Shown here one piece after another: positions 17,610 through 25,852 of a stretch of DNA of 32,000 bases. The stretch is from assembly GCF_001545095.1 (NCBI RefSeq), contig NZ_CP013213.1:870001-902000 (forward strand). Direction: 5' to 3'. The stretch comes from Erysipelothrix larvae. Its GTDB lineage: Bacteria > Bacillota_I > Bacilli_A > Erysipelotrichales > Erysipelotrichaceae. Below the pieces are notes generated by a model. The model ran no database searches. It was not told the origin of the DNA and worked only from the letters and a program-made list of their open reading frames with translations. A program made the translations under genes and the position numbers. Each line of letters starts with the position of its first letter. Position 1 is the stretch's first letter.

Positions 17610-18362
17610 CTAACGAATAAAAAGCGACAGGTACATGCTCACAAGTTCAGTACCAATCAAATATGCGCAAAAGATTCCAAAGCATAAATAAGGACCAAAG
17701 GGTATTTCAGATTTCAACCCTTTAGACTTTAAAGCTAAAGCAAAAATACCATATAATCCACCGATTATCACACCAATGAAGAAGGCAACCACAATGTTTG
17801 TTGCACCAAGCAAAAAACCACTGGAGGCCATAAGCTTGATGTCACCACCACCCATTCCCTTTGTTATTAGGGCAATGATAAGAAGTGGAACACTGACGAT
17901 CACGGTTCCAACCAGTGAGGATATCAAGTTACCTTCTAAAAAGAACAATTGAATAAGTCCCAAAAGGAAAATCAGCACATGAAAACGATCATTGATAATC
18001 ATTGTATCGATATCTATGAATGTGATGATGATGAGGATTGACGCAAGGGCACATGCAAGTGCAGTCTGTAGAGTTAATCCAAATCGCATAAAGCTTAATA
18101 GAAAGGTGAGTGAGGTAAGAACCTCAAGCAACGGATAGCGCCAAGATAACTTTGTCTTGCAGTATCGACAGCGCCCTTTCTGAATCAAAAAACTAAAAAT
18201 TGGAACTAAGTCAAGTGCTCCCAGTTCATGATGACAGTTGTCACATTCTGACCTTCCAGTCGCTATATTTCGCTTTGCTGGAAGTCGATCAATCACAACG
18301 CCATAAAAGGAACCAAGCACGAGACCAAGAATTCCAATAAAAACCATATAAATTTCATTCAT
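17610..18362 (-). CDS. pilD: prepilin peptidase / N-methyltransferase (peptidase A24, PilD)
   Basis: GSFYGVVIDRLP start, four-Cys cluster CDNC...CRYC, and catalytic Asp motifs FIDIDTMIINDR and GMGGGDIKL. Confidence 0.9.
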   Translation of the reverse strand: MNEIYMVFIGILGLVLGSFYGVVIDRLPAKRNIATGRSECDNCHHELGALDLVPIFSFLIQKGRCRYCKTKLSWRYPLLEVLTSLTFLLSFMRFGLTLQTALACALASILIIITFIDIDTMIINDRFHVLIFLLGLIQLFFLEGNLISSLVGTVIVSVPLLIIALITKGMGGGDIKLMASSGFLLGATNIVVAFFIGVIIGGLYGIFALALKSKGLKSEIPFGPYLCFGIFCAYLIGTELVSMYLSLFIR

Positions 18363-18404
18363 AGTATCACCAGAGACATTATACCAAAAGAAAGGTGGGT
18401 TCGG

Positions 18405-20057
18405 ATGAAAAATTTAAAACTTGGAGAATTATTAGTAAATGACCATCTCATCACACAAGAACAACTTGATGATGCCTTGGAAATTCAACGTGAAGTCCAT
18501 AAGAAATTAGGTCAAATATTTATAGAAATGCAATTGATAAGTGAAAATGAGTTGCTAACAGTACTTGCTGACAAACTCGGATTTCATTATTCAGAGCAAC
18601 CACTCTCACTTGTAGAGAATGGTATACAAGATGTCGTTTCCAGTGAATTTGTTAGAGCCAATAAAATTTTGCCATTATATATCAAAAATGGAACGCTCTA
18701 CGCTGCGACCAATGATCCCCTTGATTTCGCAACATTTGAAGACTTAAGCATGATAACTGGACTTGACACCCGTCCAATTGTTTCACCCCTTAGCAAGATT
18801 GAACAAGGCATTGGGGTTGTCTATTCGTTTACCGATGAGAATATTTCTGAAGCAGATAAACTAAGCATTCAAGAAGAACAACTGATGCAGCGCGTTGATT
18901 CAGCACCGGTTGTTAAACTGGTGAACCAAATCATCTCGAATGCTCAATCACTCAATGCATCAGATATACACATTGAACCGGAAGAAGATGTAACGAAAAT
19001 TCGATACCGCATCGATGGCATTCTCAGTGACCAAATGACATTGAAAAAAGAATTGCATGACTTAATTACTACGCGTATCAAGATCATATCAGGCATGAAT
19101 ATTGCAGAAAAACGATCACCACAAGATGGTGCGTTCAGGATTCAAACCGATTTTCTTAGAATCGATATTCGTGCAAGTTCAATTCCTACCCCCAAAGGTG
19201 AAAAGATTGTGCTTCGACTTCTTGGTTCCGATCGTAACGTTCAATATGAATTATCCAAAATTGACATATCCGACACAATTAAGGATAAACTACGAAAAAT
19301 ATCTCAAGTTCCAAATGGAATCTTATTACTAACAGGACCTACAGGAAGTGGTAAAACAACAACCTTGTACTCGCTCCTTCATGAAATCGCAACACGAGAA
19401 CGCAGTGTAGTGACAATCGAAGATCCTGTTGAAAAACAATTTGATGGCATCACTCAAGTACAAGTTAACCCACGTGCTGGGCTAACCTTTGCTACAGGAC
19501 TACGCTCTATTATGAGGCAAGACCCGGATGTCATCATGGTCGGAGAAATTAGAGATACAGAAACCGCAACAATTGCCATTCGTGCCGCAATCACAGGGCA
19601 CTTTGTATTGTCGACATTGCACACAAATGACGCAATTGCATCAATCGCAAGACTTGTTGATATGGGCGTTGAGCCGTTTATGGTTGCATCTTCAGTAAAA
19701 GCAGTTCTCGCACAACGTTTGGTACGTAAAGTATGTCCACATTGTGCTACTAAAGAAGAAACATCCCCTGAAGACCGACGATTACTCGGAGATCCAAATC
19801 TAACACATACTATGAAAGGAGGTGGTTGCGAGCGATGCGACCACACAGGATACCTTGGACGGTCTGCTGTGTTTGAGATTGTATTTGTCGATGAAGTAAT
19901 TCAAGACATGATAGCATCTGGCGCAAAAGCTCAGGAAATAAGAGAGTACGCTAAAACGCAAGACAGCCAATTCTTACAAGATGATATTCTTCGTTTAGTA
20001 AGAGAAGGCAAAACGACTGTACAAGAAGCACGGCGAATCTTGTTCAGTATCGATTAA
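18405..20057 (+). CDS. pilB: type IV pilus extension ATPase PilB (GspE/T2SS-E family)
   Basis: Walker A GPTGSGKTTT, Asp box, Walker B (DPDVIMVGEIRD), His box (TGHFVLSTLHTND), tetracysteine CPHC...CERC, and an N-terminal T2SSE_N/MshEN-like domain. Confidence 0.92.
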   Translation: MKNLKLGELLVNDHLITQEQLDDALEIQREVHKKLGQIFIEMQLISENELLTVLADKLGFHYSEQPLSLVENGIQDVVSSEFVRANKILPLYIKNGTLYAATNDPLDFATFEDLSMITGLDTRPIVSPLSKIEQGIGVVYSFTDENISEADKLSIQEEQLMQRVDSAPVVKLVNQIISNAQSLNASDIHIEPEEDVTKIRYRIDGILSDQMTLKKELHDLITTRIKIISGMNIAEKRSPQDGAFRIQTDFLRIDIRASSIPTPKGEKIVLRLLGSDRNVQYELSKIDISDTIKDKLRKISQVPNGILLLTGPTGSGKTTTLYSLLHEIATRERSVVTIEDPVEKQFDGITQVQVNPRAGLTFATGLRSIMRQDPDVIMVGEIRDTETATIAIRAAITGHFVLSTLHTNDAIASIARLVDMGVEPFMVASSVKAVLAQRLVRKVCPHCATKEETSPEDRRLLGDPNLTHTMKGGGCERCDHTGYLGRSAVFEIVFVDEVIQDMIASGAKAQEIREYAKTQDSQFLQDDILRLVREGKTTVQEARRILFSID

Positions 20058-20101
20058 GGGATAGCCGTAATTTATATTAACTAAGAAAGAGGAGAAATAT
20101 T

Positions 20102-20476
20102 ATGAAATTAGTTAAAAACAACAAAAACAAAAAAGGATTTACATTAATAGAATTAATCGTAGTTATCGCGATTATTGCAATCTTAGCACTCATCTTAATC
20201 CCAACCATCTCAGGATACATCGCACGTGCAGAACATGCACGTGATGAAGCAAATGCTCGTAACCTCTATACTGCTGCAATTTTAGTTGCTGAAACAGAAA
20301 ACGTTGACCTTAATGCAACAGATGCTGGTGCTAATGTGTATGGAAAGGCTAAGGCTTATATTACAGTTCCTGCTGACGTAACAGCATCGGTTACTGTTAC
20401 CAATGGCGAAATTACAAGTGTAACCTACAATGATGTTACATTTAATGGAAGCGAATTTACAACTCCAACAGAGTAA
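20102..20476 (+). CDS. pilA: major type IV pilin (prepilin)
   Basis: MKLVKNNKNKKG|FTLIELIVVIAIIAILALILIP. 124-aa precursor. Strong AAGAGGAG RBS and its own terminator. No Cys. Confidence 0.85.
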   Translation: MKLVKNNKNKKGFTLIELIVVIAIIAILALILIPTISGYIARAEHARDEANARNLYTAAILVAETENVDLNATDAGANVYGKAKAYITVPADVTASVTVTNGEITSVTYNDVTFNGSEFTTPTE

Positions 20477-20522
20477 CATTCTCACTTTACTTTTAGGGTG
20501 ACGATTATTACATACAATCACA

Positions 20523-20553
20523 AGTCTTTGGGTTAAAATCCAAAGGCTTTTTG
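20523..20553 (+). terminator. rho-independent terminator after the major pilin
   Basis: 9-bp stem AGTCTTTGG / CCAAAGGCT (one G-U pair), 8-nt loop, T-run. Confidence 0.65.
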
Positions 20554-20610
20554 TCATTAGGTGGGAATATGAATGAAATGTGATAAATAGTGTTATATCG
20601 CTGATAAGGC

Positions 20611-20638
20611 TTGGTTATTTTACATTTTCGTGTATAAT
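20611..20638 (+). promoter_or_regulatory. candidate sigma-A promoter of pfk (TTGGTT-16 nt-TATAAT)
   Basis: Hexamers read directly. Lies 33 nt upstream of the pfk ATG. Confidence 0.45.
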
Positions 20639-20670
20639 ATTAAGTGGAAAACGAAGGAGAGAATTTACAT

Positions 20671-21879
20671 ATGGCAAATTGTTTAGTTGCTCAATCTGGT
20701 GGACCTACTTCTGTAATCAATGCAACGGTTGCAGGTGTTGTTAAGGCAAACCAATTGAACCCTATTTATGATACAGTTTACGGTGGTTTACACGGTATTG
20801 AAGGTATTCTACAAGAAATGTTTGTAGATCTAACACACATGAGTGAGGACGAAAATAAAGTACTTCGTCAAACACCATCAAGTGCATTAGGATCATGCCG
20901 TTATAAATTAAAACGTGAAAACGTGAAAGACTTCGAAAGACTCTTTGAAGTTATGGAAAAATACGACATTGAAACATTATTCTACACAGGTGGAAATGAC
21001 TCAATGGATACAGTATACGCTTTAAGCGAATATGCTCAAAAGAATGGAATCACAAACCGTCGTTTTGTTGGTTGTCCTAAGACTGTCGACAATGACTTAA
21101 TGGTTACTGATCACTGTCCAGGTTTCGCAAGTGCTGCGAAATTCATCGCAACAACTGCTGCACAAACATGGTTAGATAGCACAGTGTACACACGTCAAGA
21201 TGTATTTATTCTTGAAACAATGGGTCGCGATGCTGGATGGCTTGCTGCTAGTGCTTGTGTTTCTGGAAATGTTGATGTTCTTGTATTGCCTGAAATCGCA
21301 TTTGATAAAGAAGCATTCTTAGCAACTGTTAAAAAACACATCGATGAAAAGAACAAGTGCTACATTGTAGTATCAGAAGGTGTTCGTTATGCTGATGGTA
21401 CTTACTTAGCTGCTGGCGAAAGCAAAAATGACCTCTTTGGTCACGCTGTTTTAGGTGGCGCAGGTTCTGCACTTCGTGAAATGATTTTAGAAGCTGGAAT
21501 TTCTGAGCGTGCAAAAGTACAAGACTTAGCAAATGCTCAACGTTCACACGCTGTTGGACAATCACTTGTTGATGTTGAAGAATCATTCAAACTTGGTATG
21601 TCAGCACATATGCGTTCTGCTGATAAATCATTCTCAGGTAAAATGGTTGGTGTTAAACGTGTTGAAGGTGACAAGTATGATGTTGAGTTCTTTGCAACTG
21701 ATGCATCAAATGTCGCAAACCATGTTAAAAACTTCCCAACTGAATGGGCACTTCCTGATTTTGCAGGGATTTCTCAAGAAGCAATCGACTACATTGCACC
21801 ATTATTAGTGGGCGAACCAGTTGTGCTTTATGACGAACGTGGATTACCACGTCACGTAGTTCCTTACTACATGCGTTAA
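20671..21879 (+). CDS. pfk: PfkA-family 6-phosphofructokinase, predicted pyrophosphate-dependent
   Basis: Motifs TGGNDS, CPKTVDND and MGRDAGW. Start at ATG 20671 after an AGGAGA RBS (ORF-track start is 20644). Confidence 0.85.
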   Translation: MANCLVAQSGGPTSVINATVAGVVKANQLNPIYDTVYGGLHGIEGILQEMFVDLTHMSEDENKVLRQTPSSALGSCRYKLKRENVKDFERLFEVMEKYDIETLFYTGGNDSMDTVYALSEYAQKNGITNRRFVGCPKTVDNDLMVTDHCPGFASAAKFIATTAAQTWLDSTVYTRQDVFILETMGRDAGWLAASACVSGNVDVLVLPEIAFDKEAFLATVKKHIDEKNKCYIVVSEGVRYADGTYLAAGESKNDLFGHAVLGGAGSALREMILEAGISERAKVQDLANAQRSHAVGQSLVDVEESFKLGMSAHMRSADKSFSGKMVGVKRVEGDKYDVEFFATDASNVANHVKNFPTEWALPDFAGISQEAIDYIAPLLVGEPVVLYDERGLPRHVVPYYMR

Positions 21880-21884
21880 TTAAA

Positions 21885-21910
21885 GGCTCCTCATCTGAGG
21901 AGTCTTTTTA
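21885..21910 (+). terminator. rho-independent terminator after pfk
   Basis: GGCTCCTC-ATCT-GAGGAGTC followed by TTTTT. Confidence 0.8.
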
Positions 21911-21956
21911 TTTGCTCTATTTTTTTTATTAAAAGCAGAAAATAATTTATTGAATT

Positions 21957-21982
21957 AAGCACCAGGTTCTGGTGCTTTTTTA
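21957..21982 (+). terminator. second hairpin plus T-run
   Basis: AAGCACCAG-GTTC-TGGTGCTT followed by TTTT, 47 nt after the first terminator. Confidence 0.6.
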
Positions 21983-22001
21983 TGAACATTGTCTATTTTT
22001 A

Positions 22002-22045
22002 TGCTATAATGGTGGTACGAAGTGGTATAAAGTGGAAGAAAGTGG
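22002..22045 (+). promoter_or_regulatory. dcw promoter (TGcTATAAT, 22002-22010) plus four direct GTGG boxes at a 10-bp period (candidate MraZ operator)
   Basis: GTGG at 22012-22015, 22022-22025, 22032-22035 and 22042-22045. In context: GGTGGTACGA AGTGGTATAA AGTGGAAGAA AGTGGTGAAT. Confidence 0.65.
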
Positions 22046-22054
22046 TGAATTCAG

Positions 22055-22483
22055 ATGTTCATGGGTGAATACCAACATAATTTGGATAAGAAAAATCGAA
22101 TTATTGTTCCTGCGAAATTCCGTGAACAACTTGGAGATATTATGATCGTTACACGTTGGCTCGATGGGTGCCTTGCAATCTATACCCAAGACCAATGGAA
22201 ATCAGTATATGAAAAGATATCACAACTACCATCCACAAAACGTGAAGCACGACGATTCGTTCACATGATTATGGCAAAAGCTGCAGAATGTGAAGTTGAT
22301 GCACAAGGACGTATTTGTATACCAGCACCACTCGTGAAAGAAGCAAGTCTAGAAAAAGCCTGTGTTGTCGTTGGTGTAAGTGACCATGTTGAAATATGGG
22401 ATCAAACGCGTTGGGATGAATATTATGCTAACGCAAGTGAAGATTTTGAAGAGATAGCGGAAACGCTCACGGATTTCTTCTAA
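22055..22483 (+). CDS. mraZ: transcriptional regulator MraZ
   Basis: MFMGEYQHNLDKKNRIIVPAKFRE and a second SpoVT/AbrB-like repeat (DAQGRICIPAPL). Confidence 0.95.
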   Translation: MFMGEYQHNLDKKNRIIVPAKFREQLGDIMIVTRWLDGCLAIYTQDQWKSVYEKISQLPSTKREARRFVHMIMAKAAECEVDAQGRICIPAPLVKEASLEKACVVVGVSDHVEIWDQTRWDEYYANASEDFEEIAETLTDFF

Positions 22484-23394
22484 TGAAGCATTACTCAGTG
22501 CTCCTTAATGAATCAATCGAAGCTTTGGATATTAAACCAGAGGGCATTTATGTCGATGGTACATTAGGCAGAGCAGGACACAGTACAAAAATTCTAGAGA
22601 AACTTACAACCGGAACACTTATTGCTTTTGATAAAGATACAGATGCACTTGAAGAATCAAAAAAATTACTGGGTGTAAAGCCCATCCTCATTCATGACAG
22701 TTTCGCTACAATTGGTGAACACCTTGATGAATTAGGCATTGATAAAGTCGATGGATTTCTCTTTGATTTAGGTGTATCATCCCCACAGTTTGATGATGCC
22801 GATCGAGGCTTTAGTTATCGTTTTGATGCAAAGCTTGATATGCGAATGGATCAAACACAAACATTGAGTGCATATGAAGTAGTCAATGAATATAACGAAG
22901 ATAAACTTGTAGATATTTTAAAAACATATGCAGATGAACGTTATGCGAAAGGGATTGTGAAAGCAATTCTAAAACATAGACCGATAGAAACTACCTTTGA
23001 ATTAGTCAGTTGTGTTAAGGAAGCCTACCCTTCATCCCAACTAAAAAAAGGACATCCAGCGAAGAAAACATTTCAAGCAATCCGTATGGAAGTCAATAAT
23101 GAGTTGAAAGATATCGAAAATGCACTCCAGGATGCAATTAAGTACACCAAGGTGGGTGGAAGAATTGCGGTAATCACATTCCATAGCATTGAAGATCGAC
23201 TCGTAAAACAAAGATTCAATGAAGTGGCAACACCACCAAAAGTAAATCCAAGAATTCCACAAATTGAGGTGAGTCAACCTAAGTTTAAGTGGATTAGTAA
23301 ACAAATAAAGCCAAGTTTGAAAGAGCTTGATGAAAATAATCGCTCACACAGTGCAATACTGAGAGTCATAGAAAGGACTGAATACGATGGCTAA
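22483..23394 (+). CDS. rsmH: 16S rRNA (cytosine1402-N4)-methyltransferase RsmH
   Basis: GIYVDGTLGRAGHS and FDLGVSSPQFD motifs. TAATG overlap with mraZ. Confidence 0.95.
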   Translation: MKHYSVLLNESIEALDIKPEGIYVDGTLGRAGHSTKILEKLTTGTLIAFDKDTDALEESKKLLGVKPILIHDSFATIGEHLDELGIDKVDGFLFDLGVSSPQFDDADRGFSYRFDAKLDMRMDQTQTLSAYEVVNEYNEDKLVDILKTYADERYAKGIVKAILKHRPIETTFELVSCVKEAYPSSQLKKGHPAKKTFQAIRMEVNNELKDIENALQDAIKYTKVGGRIAVITFHSIEDRLVKQRFNEVATPPKVNPRIPQIEVSQPKFKWISKQIKPSLKELDENNRSHSAILRVIERTEYDG

Positions 23395-23689
23395 AATAGT
23401 AAAAGTAAGAAAAAAGAGAACCTTAAGATTAGGAAGTGTTGCGGCACTTACTTTATTTCTTGCGTTAGCATTTTCATTTATTACCGTCATTTTTGTTCGG
23501 TCTGAAAATCAAAGAATGCTAAGAGAAATCGACAGTATCAATAATAAAATCGCTGAAGTAACAGCACAAAATCAAGACGTTGCACGACAAGTAAATGAAT
23601 TGTCAAGTTATGCTAGGGTAGTTCAAATGGCTCAAGAAGGAGGGCTTGAATTCAATCACAACAATCGACTCTATGTTAAGGGTAATTAG
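23387..23689 (+). CDS. ftsL: cell division protein FtsL-like
   Basis: 100 aa: basic N-terminus, single TM, coiled coil. Canonical position between rsmH and the class B PBP. Confidence 0.7.
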   Translation: MAKIVKVRKKRTLRLGSVAALTLFLALAFSFITVIFVRSENQRMLREIDSINNKIAEVTAQNQDVARQVNELSSYARVVQMAQEGGLEFNHNNRLYVKGN

Positions 23690-23691
23690 TG

Positions 23692-25842
23692 ATGAAAAGA
23701 CGTGCTAATATTCGAATTTTATTATCATTTTTAGTTGTAACAATTGTGTTTGCACTCGTTAGTGCAAACGTTTTTGTTGTCTCAATCCTTGGATGGCATA
23801 TTAACTCTTCCACAAGCATTCGTGATAAAGTAGAAGGCATGTATGTTGTTGAGGAGGACATCATTGCGAAACGGGGGAACATTATTGATCGTAATGGGAA
23901 TATCCTCGCTCAAGATGTGACAGCCTATACGTTGTATGCAAACATTGATCCGGATCGATTCAGTGCAAATGGTGATGCTGCCCATGTCGTTGATAAAGAA
24001 GCAGCTGCAACAATCATTGCTTCAGTCATTGATTCTGAATACAATGATGTGCTGGCAATTTTAAATTCCGAAGGATCAAAAGAAGTTCAATTTGGAACAA
24101 AAGGTAAATACTTATCATTATCACAAAAGCAAAAACTCGAGGCTTCAGACATTTCTGGTCTAGGGTTCTATGAGATTGTTCAAAGAAGCTATCTTTCCGA
24201 TACGCTTGCTACAACCCTAATTGGACGCTCAATTTTCGATGAGGAAAGTGGCGAACAAAATGGTATTATGGGTATCGAAAGCTATTACAATGACATCCTA
24301 ACAGGTGTTAATGGCTCTGTTGTATTTCGTCAAGACAGTGATAATTATCGATTTGAAACGTTTGAGAATTTATCGAGAGATGCCATCAATGGAATGGATG
24401 TCGTCTTAACAATCGATCGTGGGATTCAAGAAGAACTTGAGATTGCGCTTCAAACCCTGCTTACTTCGGATCTTGTCCATGCTTCAGAAGCATGGGGAGC
24501 GGTTATGAATATCAAGACGGGTGAAATTCTTGCATTTGCAGATCGTCCAGCTTTTGATGCAACCGATCCAGAAACAACTTATCTTAATCGTGGGACTCAA
24601 TATCAATATGAGCCTGGATCAACGATGAAGACCTTTACAATCGCTTCTGCGATAGATAATGGTGCAGTTACACCAACATCAACCTTCGATTCAAGTCCAT
24701 TCTATATCGGGCTTGATGCCAATGGAAAAGCAATCCGTGTCACGAGTGGACAAAAAAACATTGGTGTTGTTAATAATGCGGATTATGAACAATATGGGAC
24801 AATTACACATTACCTCGGGTATCAAAAATCATCCAATGTTGGGATTGCTGATATTCTTGTCAATCATTTAAATCCAGAAGAATTGAAAAACGATTTACTT
24901 GAACTGGGATTCTTTGACAATGTCACATCAGATCGAATTCCGGATGAAACAGGGTATTTGGTATGGGATGGACCACGTGAAAAAATCAACAATGGATTTG
25001 GCCAAGGATCAACTGTTACCATGCTCCAAATTCTTCAAGGTTATTCGGCAATTTTTGGCGATGGAACTGTAGTTAAACCATATTTTGTGAAGCAAATAAT
25101 TGATACCGCAAATAATACAATCGAATATGAAGCTCAAAAGCAAACACTGAATAAAGTTTATAAAGAGTCAACGGTACAAACAGTTCGTGACTTGATGTAT
25201 GAAAATGTTGAATCAGTAGATTTAACCCGTTTTAAAATGGATGAAGTGAGTGTTATGGCAAAATCAGGGACAGCACAACTTGTAATTGATGGTGCTTATA
25301 GTCGTTCACAATATATATTCTCAGCTGCATTAGGATTCCCTTATGAAGACCCTGAATATATGATGTATTTTGCATATCAAACCGGAAATCATGCAACACG
25401 TAACTCTGCAAACATCATGAAAAATGTGGTGCGTAAAGTAGTTTCAACCTATCCAATTTCTTCAGGAGAAACGGATTATGTTCCTGAAGGTGAGTCCTTT
25501 ACAATGACAAATCTCATTAACCTTCCTGTAACGCTTGCTAAAGATAGACTTGCAGAAAACAAGATTACACCGATTATTTTTGGCGATGGATCAACAGTCA
25601 TTAATCAATATCCTAAGGATGGACAAAGTTACATGGGAAGTGATAAAGTATTACTGTTCACATCGACCAGCAATATTATTATGCCTGATATGACAGGGTG
25701 GACAATGAAAGAAGTCCGTGCCTTTAGTGATACAGTTTCCTTAACGCTTAAAGCATCAGGAAGTGGTTATGTGAAGTCGCAATCAATACCTCAAGGCACT
25801 GTTGTTGAGACCGGTGGTGTCCTTGAAATAACGTTAGAATAG
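23692..25842 (+). CDS. pbpB: class B penicillin-binding protein (division transpeptidase) with two C-terminal PASTA domains
   Basis: STMK, SSN and KSGT active-site motifs. Two PASTA-like repeats in the last ~130 aa. ATG 23692 (the ORF track uses GTG 23689). Confidence 0.9.
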   Translation: MKRRANIRILLSFLVVTIVFALVSANVFVVSILGWHINSSTSIRDKVEGMYVVEEDIIAKRGNIIDRNGNILAQDVTAYTLYANIDPDRFSANGDAAHVVDKEAAATIIASVIDSEYNDVLAILNSEGSKEVQFGTKGKYLSLSQKQKLEASDISGLGFYEIVQRSYLSDTLATTLIGRSIFDEESGEQNGIMGIESYYNDILTGVNGSVVFRQDSDNYRFETFENLSRDAINGMDVVLTIDRGIQEELEIALQTLLTSDLVHASEAWGAVMNIKTGEILAFADRPAFDATDPETTYLNRGTQYQYEPGSTMKTFTIASAIDNGAVTPTSTFDSSPFYIGLDANGKAIRVTSGQKNIGVVNNADYEQYGTITHYLGYQKSSNVGIADILVNHLNPEELKNDLLELGFFDNVTSDRIPDETGYLVWDGPREKINNGFGQGSTVTMLQILQGYSAIFGDGTVVKPYFVKQIIDTANNTIEYEAQKQTLNKVYKESTVQTVRDLMYENVESVDLTRFKMDEVSVMAKSGTAQLVIDGAYSRSQYIFSAALGFPYEDPEYMMYFAYQTGNHATRNSANIMKNVVRKVVSTYPISSGETDYVPEGESFTMTNLINLPVTLAKDRLAENKITPIIFGDGSTVINQYPKDGQSYMGSDKVLLFTSTSNIIMPDMTGWTMKEVRAFSDTVSLTLKASGSGYVKSQSIPQGTVVETGGVLEITLE

Positions 25843-25852
25843 GGGTTTAGAT

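Noticed and set aside
19454-19846. 130-aa minus-strand ORF inside pilB. Similar antisense or alternative-frame ORFs occur at 2393-2648, 3675-4065, 4158-4486, 4737-4928, 5163-5363, 5606-6408, 7083-7277, 10242-10439, 11056-11238, 12693-13013, 13956-14171, 16117-16323, 19102-19332, 20282-20557, 21329-21808, 22004-22195, 23041-23304, 23676-23985, 24659-24871, 26240-26434, 27038-27274, 27923-28135, 29451-29678, 29952-30176 and 30431-30857
   Set aside because: All are nested in, or antisense to, strongly supported genes carrying clear family motifs. None has an RBS or a motif of its own.
8826-20553. pilT/pilU retraction ATPase, and a secretin, within the pilus locus
   Set aside because: Only one GspE/PilB-type ATPase is present (18405-20057). 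No second Walker-A hexameric ATPase ORF exists in the window. A secretin is not expected in a monoderm. pilT may be elsewhere in the genome, so absence here is not evidence of a non-retractile pilus.
21911-21956. Possible small RNA between the two tandem terminators after pfk
   Set aside because: It is only 46 nt of AT-rich sequence with no promoter or structure of its own. The second hairpin is more simply a back-up terminator or an insulator for the dcw promoter.
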